A stretch of 64,000 nucleotides of DNA, taken from assembly GCA_002269645.1 (NCBI GenBank), contig NIVC01000494.1, positions 124,001 to 188,000 on the forward strand, written 5' to 3'. Shown here one piece after another: positions 1-26,127 of this stretch (its first letter is position 1; every line of letters starts with the position of its first letter). The translations under genes were made by a program, and so were the position numbers. This DNA is from Macrostomum lignano (lineage: Eukaryota). Under the pieces are notes generated by a model. That model was given only the letters and a program-made list of their open reading frames with translations. It had not been told where the DNA came from and did no database searches.

Positions 1-87
1 CGAGTGTCGTCGCTTTCCTAGAAACGAGTGTCGACGCTTTCCTAGAAACGAGTGTCGTCGCTTTCCTAGAAACGAGTGTCGTCGCTT
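1..87. repeat. 24-bp tandem repeat (CGAGTGTCGTCGCTTTCCTAGAAA), ~3.6 copies, cut by window start
   Basis: Units read directly from the sequence. Confidence 0.9.
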
Positions 88-111
88 CTCAACACCTTGC
101 TCGCCTTGCAG

Positions 112-208
112 AAGCTTTTGCTCGACTAATTCCTCTATACCATGTTCAGAATCGGCTAAATCGATGGGCTCGAAGCTCGGTTGCTCTGAAACGGTGGGGG
201 GTTATCAG
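112..208 (+). CDS. Possible isolated internal coding exon of an unidentified gene (EAFARLIPLYHVQNRLNRWARSSVALKRWGVI)
   Basis: CCTTGCAG| acceptor, open frame, strong CAG|GTAAGT donor at 209. No partner exon or homology recognised. Confidence 0.25.
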
Positions 209-1165
209 GTAAGTTAGCTACATGGTTGTAACCTTTTCCTAATAAAAGTCTTTAACTAACTAGGGCCAATCCCTAAGGCACAGAGAGTGGCACCGAAAAT
301 TAGAAATTCAGTACCGCGATGTACACCCTGTGTGATGGACCATGTCGCCCAAGGCTTTGCGCCAGCTGCAGTCCAAAACCCTCATGCAGTTATTATTGTT
401 ATTATTTATTATTATTACTATATGTTCCTTGAGTCTCAGTACTCACTGCTGTTTACCCATTCACTTCTCGTACCCTCATTCAATATATACGCCAAATAAG
501 AACTGTCAATGAGTGTTGCAATGCCATGCGTCGTATTGCATCGGGAGTTGATTGCCTAGGATAATATTATTAATTAGTCAGTAAGAAATACCAAGGCATG
601 GGGTTCATTAGCTCAGCGCGAGGGCGTCCGACATCCCGCGATAAAGCTTTCCCAGAGTGTGATTCTGCGTGGGCGATCACCACATCTGCTTGGGGGAAGT
701 CAACTGACGGATTCTTAGCCAGGAGGTCATGCTCCTGAGGACCAACTGTCGCAGGACTGAACATTTACACTGTCTGACAATGAGAATAAGATATCTTAAG
801 AGGTTTCGATCAGTTTCAAGAATTCTGATCTGGTATTGAAAATATTACTGACAACATATATTTAGACACGCACATGGTTATAGACAATCTCGTCGAACAA
901 TAACACTTTTATCGAGTGCTCTTCTCGCAATAATTTCTTAAGCCTTCCAACACAGCTTCAAAATGCATATAAGATTTTTATTGACATTGTAGGTGTATAT
1001 AATAGCTCTATCTAAAACCCTGCAGTATTTAACACTCTCGAACTCTCACCAGGTACGTACTAATCCATGGAAAATAGTGCTATTTTTATTCCTGCTAAGC
1101 CCATTCCTAAGACTTTAGATTTGAGCCCAGAGCAACCGGTGTTCTCAGCCAGCTGGCAAACTTAC

Positions 1166-1244
1166 GGGCTCGGCTCGGCGGCACGGCGCTGATATCGATC
1201 AGCAGGATGAGCACAGCAGCCGACAAGACTGGCAACAGCTTCAT
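1166..1244 (-). CDS. Putative first coding exon encoding a signal peptide (MKLLPVLSAAVLILLIDISAVPPSRA) of a secreted protein continuing leftward
   Basis: ATG at 1244, basic residue followed by a hydrophobic core, ends at a C|GTAAGT donor (1165) in phase 1, as is typical of signal-peptide exons. Downstream exons not identified. Confidence 0.45.
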
Positions 1245-1340
1245 GGCTTGTCGAATAGGGCTTGTTGCTATTTGACCTGGACTTTTCCTGCGAATGGGTG
1301 TTTGTCATCTTGGTCATTAGACTACTGAAGACACAGTACA

Positions 1341-2006
1341 GAGGACACAATAGTGAGGACACACTAGAGTAGAAACACTAGAGAGGACACAAAAGAGAGG
1401 ACAAACTAGAGAGGACAAACTAGAGCAGACACACTAGAGAGGACACACTAGAGAGGACACACTAGAGAGGACACACTAGAGAGGACACACTAGAGAGGAC
1501 ACACTAGAGCGGACACACTAGAGAGGACACACTAGAGAGGACACACTAGAGAGGACACACTAGAGAGGACACGCTAGAGAGGACACACTAGAGAGGACAC
1601 ACTAGAGAGGACACACTAGAGAGGACACACTAGAGCGGACACACTAGAGAGGACACACTAGAGAGGACACACTAGAGAGGACACGCTAGAGAGGACACAC
1701 TAGAGAGGACACACTAGAGAGGACACGCTAGAGAGGACACACTAGAGTGGACACACTAGAGAGGACACACTAGAGTAGACACACTAGAGATGACACAAAA
1801 GAGAGGACAAACTAGAGAGGACAAACTAGAGCAGACACACTAGAGAGGACACACTAGAGAGGACACACTAGAGCGGACACACTAGAGAGGACACACTAGA
1901 AAGGACACACTAGAGAGAACACACTAGAGAGGACACACTAGAAATGACACACTAGAGCGGACACACTAGAGAGGACACAAAAGAGAGGACACACTAGAGC
2001 GGACAC
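1341..2006. repeat. 14-bp minisatellite (GAGAGGACACACTA), ~45 copies
   Basis: Units read directly; GAAGACACAGT occurs at both ends of the array. Confidence 0.95.
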
Positions 2007-2440
2007 AGTACCGAAGACACAGTTTCTGAGTCAACCGAAGACGCGTAGTGATAGGACTTCGAAAGTAGTCTGCAGTCACTAAGGCAGCTTCCACTAAAGC
2101 TTATTGAGATGCATTTAAATAAACAGAAATTATGAGAACAGATGTAGATATGGATAAATTGACCTAAATAATGGACCATCCAAGACATTATATCCGGCTC
2201 AAGTATGGCATACAGCAAACCAAATGTAGAGATAATATCGTCTTACAGACGCTATTATTACAATTGCTAAACGAAATTCGGCGGAGACATGCTAGTCTAA
2301 AAGAAACATTTTGCATCTGATCAGTTTTGAATTTCTTTAGTTGTTAGAGTCGATAATTTATATTTTTATAACGATTCCAATGAAATGATAAATTTCGACG
2401 AACTTAATGCAACAGAAAATGGCTGGCCTCTCTTGGTAAG

Positions 2441-2592
2441 GCCCTGTCTCTTGGTGAGCGCCTCTGTCTTTTGGTTGGCGCCCCTCTCTTTTGGTGGGCG
2501 TCCCTGTCTCTGGGTTGGTGCCTCTGTCTCTTGGTGGGCGCCCCTGTCTATTGGAGGGTGCCCCCTGTATCTTGGCAAGCCCCCGTCTCTTG
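2441..2592. repeat. Degenerate ~20-bp tandem repeat (CCCCTGTCTCTTGGTGGGCG-like)
   Basis: About 7 diverged units directly before the GGAGA array. Confidence 0.8.
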
Positions 2593-2595
2593 GTG

Positions 2596-3352
2596 GGAGA
2601 GGAGAGGAGAGAAGAAAAGAGGAGAGGAGAGGAGAGGAGAGGAGAGGAGAGAAGAGAAGAGGAGAGGAGAGGAGAGGAGAGGAGAGGAGAGGAGAGGAGA
2701 GAAGAGAAGAGGAGAAGAGAGGAGAGGCTAGGAGAGGAGAGGAGAGGAGAGGAGAGGAGAGGAGAGGAGAGGAGAAGAGAGGAGAGGAGAGGAGAGGAGA
2801 GGAGAGGAGAGAAGAGAAGAGGAGAAGAGAGGAGAGGAGAGGAGAGGAGAGGAGAGGAGAGGAGAGGAGAGGAGAGGAGAGGAGAGGAGAGGAGAGGAGA
2901 GGAGAAGAGAGGAGAGGAGAGGAGAGGAGAGGAGAGGAGAGGAGAGGAGAGGAGAGGAGAAGAGAGGAGAGGAGAGGAGAGGAGAGGAGAGGAGAGGAGA
3001 GGAGCGGAGAGGAGAGGAGAGGAGAGGAGAGGAGAGGAGAGGAGATGAGAGGAGAGGAGATGAGAGGAGAGGAGAGGAGAGGAGAGGAGAGGAGAGGAGA
3101 GGAGAGGAGAGGAGAGGAGAGGAGAGGAGAGGAGAGGAGAGGAGAGGAGAGAGAGAGAGAGAGGAGAGGAGAGGAGAGGAGAGGAGAGGAGAGGAGAGGA
3201 GAGGAGAAGAGAGGAGAGGAGAGGAGAGGAGAGGAGAGGAGAGGAGAGGAGCGGAGAGGAGAGGAGAGGAGAGGAGAGGAGAGGAGAGGAGATGAGAGGA
3301 GAGGAGATGAGAGGAGAGGAGAGGAGAGGAGAGGAGAGGAGAGGAGAGGAGG
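2596..3352. repeat. (GGAGA)n pentanucleotide microsatellite, ~150 units
   Basis: Read directly; explains the EERRG / SSPLL ORFs. Confidence 0.98.
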
Positions 3353-4141
3353 CTAGCCCGAACCCGGTAAGCCAGTGTTTTGGCATTGATTCTTTTACAC
3401 ATTTAGAATAAAGGCCATGGACCATAAACGGCAGCATGCATACAGGCAGGTAGGCAGTTGGCTGGCAAATAATTCTATCCAGAATCGATGAAGTCAAAGT
3501 TCGGTGGCGCGCCTCGGATTAGGACTCGCTCTCGCGCTAATCTTTAGGAAGAGATTGATTTCTCAATCCTCTAATACGGCTGAGCAAGAGAGGGAAAGGA
3601 GAATGAGAAGTTTGGCCATCAATTGCCAGAGTGACATAAACATCGCCCCCCCCCTACCCAAGTAATGCATCTCAGGCATCCATCCGCGTCCTTTCTTCGA
3701 CTGCTTCCGACTGCTTCCGAAGCAGCTCTGGGCTGGGCCTGACCATCTTCTCTCCATTGCTGCAAATTCGAGCAATGAAAATCTTGGGATTGACTTGACT
3801 GACTGCAGGCTGGGAGGCGGGCTAGGCTCGCTCACTTGGGGGCCCAATGGCAATGATTTATGCGCGCCCTCTCGCGAGACAGAATGGAAATCTTTTTTTG
3901 TCGCATTATCTACAGCCGAGGCCTGCATGGCAGGCCGTCTTTGCTCTTGCTCAGCTTCTTCCTCCATCGTCAGCTCGATTTCGCTGCTCAATCTTCATTT
4001 TCAAAATTCCTGCTCGCTTTCCGGAGACCGGAATGTGGGGCACTCCATTTCGGCTTATGAGCATCCTGTTCTGCTAATTCGGCTTGCTGAGCTTGTGTTT
4101 GCTGTCCAGATGGTGCTCACCAGTCACTGAGTCTGTCAACA

Positions 4142-4597
<456 letters not shown>

Positions 4598-5043
4598 ACA
4601 CAGAAGTTCTTCTTGTCACCGTAAATCCATGTTTGTTCAGAAGTTCTCCCCCGAGTTCGAAGGGGATAAAACTAGGCAGTTCTAATCAGCATTTTTAATC
4701 CATCGAAAAGTTTCGCTATACAACTGTGTTTGTCAAATTGGATTTAAGGTATGCCCGATACAACTAGGCAAGAGGGGGAGCTTGGGCGAAAGTCAAATTT
4801 GTCCTGGATCTTTCCTGGATGCAAAAATGGTTATTTATTGAACAGGTTTAATTTAAAAAATCCAACGCTTTGTCAAACAGCCAGAAGTGCCTGTTTCTTG
4901 CCAATTGTAAAAATAAATTGTTCGCAAACATACGCTGTTGCAGAGAATGCAAACAAATCCAAAAAAAACTGAAACTATTCATGCAAATTTTTAAGAGAAA
5001 GATAAACAAAAGATAAACACAGAGTGAAGCAGCGAGTGAGACA

Positions 5044-6860
5044 GTTAGGCCATAGACACAGGGTGAAGCATTATCTACAGCCAGTTAGGCCATAGACACA
5101 GAGTGAAGCCTTATCTACAGCCAGTTAGGCCATAGACACAGAGTGAAGCCTTATCTACAGCCAGTTAGGCCATAGACACAGAGTGAAGCCTTATCTACAG
5201 CCAGTTAGGCCATAGACACAGAGTGAAGCATTATCTACAGCCAGTTAGGCCATAGACACAGGGTGAAGCATTATCTACAGCCAGTTAGGCCATAGACACA
5301 GAGTGAAGCCTTATCTACAGCCAGTTAGGCCATAGACACAGAGTGAAGCCTTATCTACAGCCAGTTAGGCCATAGACACAGAGTGAAGCATTATCTACAG
5401 CCAGTTAGGCCATAGACACAGGGTGAAGCATTATCTACAGCCAGTTAGGCCATAGACACAGAGTGAAGCCTTATCTACAGCCAGTTAGGCCATAGACACA
5501 GAGTGAAGCATTATCTACAGCCAGTTAGGCCATAGACACAGAGTGAAGCCTTATCTACAGCCAGTTAGGCCATAGACACAGAGTGAAGCATTATCTACAG
5601 CCAGTTAGGCCATAGACACAGAGTGAAGCCTTATCTACAGCCAGTTAGGCCATAGACACAGAGTGAAGCATTATCTACAGCCAGTTAGGCCATAGACACA
5701 GGGTGAAGCATTATCTACAGCCAGTTAGGCCATAGACACAGAGTGAAGCCTTATCTACAGCCAGTTAGGCCATAGACACAGAGTGAAGCATTATCTACAG
5801 CCAGTTAGGCCATAGACACAGGGTGAAGCATTATCTACAGCCAGTTAGGCCATAGACACAGGGTGAAGCATTATCTACAGCCAGTTAGGCCATAGACACA
5901 GAGTGAAGCCTTATCTACAGCCAGTTAGGCCATAGACACAGAGTGAAGCCTTATCTACAGCCAGTTAGGCCATAGACACAGAGTGAAGCCTTATCTACAG
6001 CCAGTTAGGCCATAGACACAGAGTGAAGCATTATCTACAGCCAGTTAGGCCATAGACACAGGGTGAAGCATTATCTACAGCCAGTTAGGCCATAGACACA
6101 GAGTGAAGCCTTATCTACAGCCAGTTAGGCCATAGACACAGAGTGAAGCCTTATCTACAGCCAGTTAGGCCATAGACACAGAGTGAAGCATTATCTACAG
6201 CCAGTTAGGCCATAGACACAGGGTGAAGCATTATCTACAGCCAGTTAGGCCATAGACACAGAGTGAAGCCTTATCTACAGCCAGTTAGGCCATAGACACA
6301 GAGTGAAGCATTATCTACAGCCAGTTAGGCCATAGACACAGAGTGAAGCCTTATCTACAGCCAGTTAGGCCATAGACACAGAGTGAAGCATTATCTACAG
6401 CCAGTTAGGCCATAGACACAGAGTGAAGCATTATCTACAGCCAGTTAGGCCATAGACACAGAGTGAAGCCTTATCTACAGCCAGTTAGGCCATAGACACA
6501 GAGTGAAGCATTATCTACAGCCAGTTAGGCCATAGACACAGAGTGAAGCATTATCTACAGCCAGTTAGGCCATAGACACAGAGTGAAGCATTATCTACAG
6601 CCAGTTAGGCCATAGACACAGGGTGAAGCATTATCTACAGCCAGTTAGGCCATAGACACAGAGTGAAGCCTTATCTACAGCCAGTTAGGCCATAGACACA
6701 GAGTGAAGCATTATCTACAGCCAGTTAGGCCATAGACACAGGGTGAAGCATTATCTACAGCCAGTTAGGCCATAGACACAGGGTGAAGCATTATCTACAG
6801 CCAGTTAGGCCATAGACACAGGGTGAAGCATTATCTACAGCCAGTTAGGCCATAGACATA
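5044..6860. repeat. 40-bp minisatellite (GTTAGGCCATAGACACAGAGTGAAGCCTTATCTACAGCCA), ~45 copies
   Basis: Head-to-tail units with two recurrent variant positions (GAG/GGG and CCT/CAT); no spacers. Confidence 0.98.
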
Positions 6861-8339
6861 TTCAGAGTGAAGCAGCGAGTGAGACAGTTAGGCCATAGAC
6901 ACATTTAAAGTAAATGCAGCGAGTGAGATAGTTAGGCCATATACACAAACAAGTTAGAAGTCATACACATTGTAAAAAGGTCCAACTTACAGTGCAATTT
7001 GAACGCAGAACGCTGTCCTAGAAGAGCAGCTAACGCAGGACTCGTCAAAAGACAGTGGGCGTGTTCGCTTGTCTTCTTACTTGTTTAAAAGAAACTTTTT
7101 TCGACTAACGTGGCAGTGGAAGCAATTCTGAACTCGGGCCTATATAAATACTATAAATGAGTTTGGAGTTGCCACAGCCAATGAGAAGCTTTCTAAGTAG
7201 CTAGCTTCATCTTTGCACGCATCCCCAAATCCAGAAAACAGGCGTTATAGGCTGCTTTTAGCATGGCTGAATGCGAAAAGAAAGAATAGCGATTGACAAT
7301 GGTTGAGGAAGCAGAGACATCTGTAGTAGGCGTTGTTTTGCTAAAAGCTACTCTGCATAAGGCAGGACACTTTCTCTGACAATTTCTCAGGTTGAAACAT
7401 TGAGAATTGAACGACAGAAGACTTTCCTTCCAGAAGAAGTAATCTTGCGTTTTTGCATTGTTTCATCCTGATGGTGTTTAATAGTGGCATGATGGCTCGA
7501 CCGCCTACTAAAAGCAGTTTGAGTGCCTTTCATGTCGTTGCCACATATTTGTCAATCAGGCTCACTAAGCCGGCAGAACTCATGACCAATGCTCAATGCA
7601 TTCAAGACTGCATAGCGACAGCAATCTCGACCTGTGCGCGTATATTTCCAGAGGAATTCAAGAAACAAATCTACATTTATGGAAAGTTTCGAATTGGGGA
7701 AGAATAAAAACGCAATTGCTCCCGTCTCAGGTAGGTCCGAAATGACGCCACTAGATTTGATGTCTGGTGTCTGCAAGAAGTCAGTAAATGCTTTACCAGT
7801 TAGTTAGCTCAGTCTAAATACAGCGCTAAAATATGAATTGTTAAACATGTTAATGGAGCTAACAACTGAAGCAGCTGCTGTAAGCCAACAATCCAAAAAT
7901 AGTTCCATTAAGAATGGCACACATTTTAACAGTTCTCGCACGAGGCGCTCCCACGCCCACTCAGACTCCTTCAGAGACAGAGTCAGTCAGCTTTTTTGTT
8001 CATCCTCGCCTCACAGTCAGTTTTAATCTACAGTACAGTGCTTGGCTTAAGTTTATTTTTCAACTTTTTAACTCTAATAAGCGAGCGAGAGAGAGAGAGC
8101 GCGTTTTAAGTAAGAAAAACGGATTAGCGTAAACTTACTGTATTATCCATGAAGATCGACCGTTAGTTAGTTCAGGTTAGGAAAAATCTAAAAAAAGAGA
8201 TGCAGTTCTATCGTGTTAACGTTTTTAGGCCTTAAAGAAGTGTTTAAATTTATCGTAAATCTATTTTTGACCATAAATTTGGTTCTATTTTAAGCCTTCC
8301 CGTGGATATCTTTCACGACGACTGAGTGGCGTCGTTTCT

Positions 8340-8760
8340 ATATGCTAGTCTTCCAGTGAGCGTCCTTCAAACTGATATCATCACTATTTTATGCCATCCA
8401 ATGGGTGTCGTTCAAAGTGACGTCATTTCTACTTCAAGTAATCCAATCAGTGATGTTCAAAGTGACGACGTCATTTCTATTTTAAGCCACCCAATGGGTG
8501 TCGTTCAAAGTGATGTCATTTCTTTTTCAGCCACCCAATGGGTGTCGTTCAAAGTGACGTCATTTCTTTTTTAACTACCTGATGGATTTCGTTCAAAGTG
8601 ACATCATTTCTATTTTTAGTCACCTAATTGTGTCGCTCAAACTGATATCATTTATATTTTAAGCCATTCAATGGGCGTCGTTCAAGCTGATGTCCTTTCT
8701 ATTTTTAGCCACCCAACGAGTGTCATGCAAAATAACGTCATTTCTATATTCGATTGCAGC
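8340..8760. repeat. Degenerate ~45-bp tandem repeat (GTGTCGTTCAAAGTGACGTCATTTCTATTTTTAGCCACCCAATGG)
   Basis: About 9 diverged units recognisable by eye. Confidence 0.8.
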
Positions 8761-8912
8761 AGATATCGATCAGATTGATATCATTTTTATTTTAGATGTT
8801 GCAACGATGCCTCCCTCGGGGACTTAAATTATATTTTTTCATAAACGTTTTTATCGTTCGCTGGGATAATTATGAAATAATTTCTATCTGATCATGCGTT
8901 TCAACATCAATT

Positions 8913-22787
<13,875 letters not shown>

Positions 22788-24557
22788 TGCTGCCGCTGTG
22801 GACTGTGTGGTCTAAAGCGACACATTGGGGAGGGTAAAAAGGCTTTAATTCAGGCTAAGTATAGGGAGACACAGACGCACCAGCCAATGGGATTTGTCTA
22901 GAGAATGCCTCGATTCACAGATCATTGCCAACTTGTCCAGACGGTGCAGTCTAACGTATTTAGTGTCAAATCTACCAACAACGTAGCATAGTGGTAGCAC
23001 ACTAATGCAAAATCAGTGTACACATATAGATTAAAGTGCAATGCAAAATACCGGGAGCTGGGACTGAGTTTGTTCAAGATTCAGTCCATTTGAGCAAATA
23101 TTAAAACAGATGATGTGCTCCAATCCGCCAACATCTCTCGCTCCGCCTCGTCTCTGCTCTGCGCTTTAATCGCTAAATTTGATCCACGCGCGCTGACCAA
23201 GCAAATGTTTATTTTCTGGGAGTTTTTCTCTAGTAAAAATCCTATATCAAGCTTATACTATATCTTGTCAAATTGATTTTGCTCAAAGCTACATTAGGCA
23301 TTTAGAATGTTAGGATTTATGCCAACTGTAATTTTCGAGCCATCAAAGCTATAGATATTTATAATTATGGCTGCTGGCAAATGGAATGAAGCCCCGACAG
23401 TTGCTGCAGTTCATTCGACTGTTGCTATGCATGATTGAGAGTTGAACAACTGCAGAGCGGAAAGAAGGTCATCTAAAAAGACAGTTAATGAGTCCCATTA
23501 GCCATCTCAGCGAGTCTTCAACCAGTGCACTTCTTCACCTTGTCGAGATGAGGTGAAGCAAATCAACCAATGCATTGGAGAAGACTTTTCAGCATTCGAT
23601 CTCATAACTCTTCCTGACAGATCAGTGATTGGGACAGCCGTTATGTAATCTCGAGAGCTGATTTCATACTTCGGATATAGACGGTGCATTTGATCTGATT
23701 ACCAAAATGATAATTTGGTCTTGCACCTGGTTCACCTGGTGGGCAGCCAGCACAACTTAGAGCTTAGAGCTCTAAGTTGTTCGCAAAGTTGTTCGTGAAT
23801 TGTTCGTGAATTATTCGCAAATAATAAAAATCAGAATGCTAACCGCGCCCAAGTGGGCTTAACCTGTCCTAGACCATTTGGCTAGCAAACCACGTAGCTA
23901 TACTGTCTATTAATATTAGTAGCTCTTGTTTGAATTTTTCATTTGTAACATTTTTCCACTGTAGTTCGCCGTCTTTACCGGTATGACTCATCGCACCTGA
24001 GCTACCTGCGAACTGACAAATCTGACTAATAAAAGTCTCCCTTAAAAGTGTTTGAGCTGATTGATTAATCGCGAAAAAACGGTGGCAACGCGGGGCTTGG
24101 GGGCTGACAGACTGGGAAGAGAAGACTTGGGGTCTATTCCTCGTTCCTAGGAGTAAATGGGGATTTGATTTGCACATCTGAGGGAACTGGCCAGAGGGGA
24201 ATTCCGGGTGGCCGGGGGGATCGGGAACGGAACAGGAGCGAAGACTGACGAAATTATGATGATGATGATGGAGATTTGGGACTTTGAGGACTGCAGTGTA
24301 AGTTGGAATGGCAAGAGAGATATCGTGGCGGCGAAGGGATAGAGAGGATTATTTTCCCCGAGCCCGCGAGGAGAGGCTGAAGCAGTAAATCATCAATCCC
24401 GGCTCTCATTGAGACCGCGCCACTCGAGGCGGTGTCCATTTTCATATTTTCTATTTGGCCTCATGAGCTTAGCAACTCCATCTGTGACAAAGGTAAAACT
24501 GCCTTGGTACTGACGTAGGTATAGAGGTAGATATAGATAGATAGATAGATAGTAGAA

Positions 24558-25046
24558 AGCGAGAAAGAGCGAGCGAAGCGAGCTCTTTCGAGCTTGCTTG
24601 CCGCAGCCAATCAAGCTGAAAGCACGCACACAAGATCACCGGAAACGATTAAGGCAGCTGGAAAGCCAATGGGCGCGGTAAGCGCTTTTATCCAGAGGAA
24701 CTACCTGCTGGAACCAGCTATGCCGAACGAAAATCAGACTACTCAAGTAGTGCAAAAGAGTAAGTGCAACTACCGAGAAATCTAATTTTCGTAACCGCTC
24801 CGGTGCAGGTCCTGGCTATAGATAGTAGATAGCGAGAAAGAGCGAGCGAAGCGAGCTCTTTCGAGCTTGCTTGCCGCAGCCAATCAAGCTGAAAGCACGC
24901 ACACAAGATCACCGGAAACGATTAAGGCAGCTGGAAAGCCAATGGGCGCGGTAAGCGCTTTTATCCAGAGGAACTACCTGCTGGAACCAGCCATGCCGAA
25001 CGAAAATCAGACTACTCAAGTAGTGCAAAAGAGTACGTGCAACTAC
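24558..25046 (+). repeat. 216-bp near-perfect direct duplication (24558-24773 and 24831-25046; 273-bp period) containing two CCAAT motifs per copy
   Basis: Aligned by eye with 2 mismatches; bounded by GATA repeats. Confidence 0.92.
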
Positions 25047-25048
25047 TC

Positions 25049-25478
<430 letters not shown>

Positions 25479-26127
25479 TCTAAGCAACAGCAGCTGCGGA
25501 CGCGGACTCTTTGAGTGTCAGGAAATGAAAGCACTCGGTTCTCTGAGCAACGGAAGCTCCAAGCCGTTTAGTTGCAGGAGTCATAAATTCAGTTGGGAAA
25601 ATCTCCGATGGCTTTCAGGAGTTTACGTTTCCATTTATTGTCCATTTATGATCTACGGGACTGCGCAATTAGAAAAAATTCATGTCCGTTGAAAAAACTT
25701 TACTTCGAACTGCACTACTTGTAGTAAGAACACGTGGAAATAGACGGAAGAAAAAAGTGAATGTCATTAAATTTATTTCTGTTTCGCTGCTTATCTGATA
25801 AAACAAAATAAAAAAGGTGAAATAGGTGAGAGGAAGCCGCTGCCTGCGCTGAAAACTCTTCAACGCGTCTCTCAAGAGCCACTCTTGCATTAAATGAAAA
25901 ATGAGCGCTTTTGCCTTTACAGTTTGTTGGCGTAGCACATTGCAGTGCTGTCTGTAGGCAAGCCAGTCTGCTAAAGCATTGTCTCTTTGCGGAAAGCAAC
26001 TTATACCCTAGAATTTTAGCTTGTGTTGAACAGTTATTTCCTCAAGCAATATAAAATAGATTTGCCAGATAAATTTAATTTCAATTGGACGAATTTTTAA
26101 CACCAGTTTAACCTGTACTTAACACAT

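Noticed and set aside
570-764. 64-aa minus-strand ORF as exon 2 of the signal-peptide gene
   Set aside because: Phase-compatible only through a speculative 10-nt micro-exon near 1047-1056; the most obvious acceptor gives an early stop.
2358-3497. Long ORFs (SSPLL / EERRG repeats)
   Set aside because: Translations of the (GGAGA)n microsatellite, open in several frames on both strands.
5044-6860. CRISPR-like appearance of 35-47-bp repeats here and at 13.4, 34.4 and 60.9 kb
   Set aside because: Units are head-to-tail with no unique spacers, there are no cas genes, and the context is eukaryotic.
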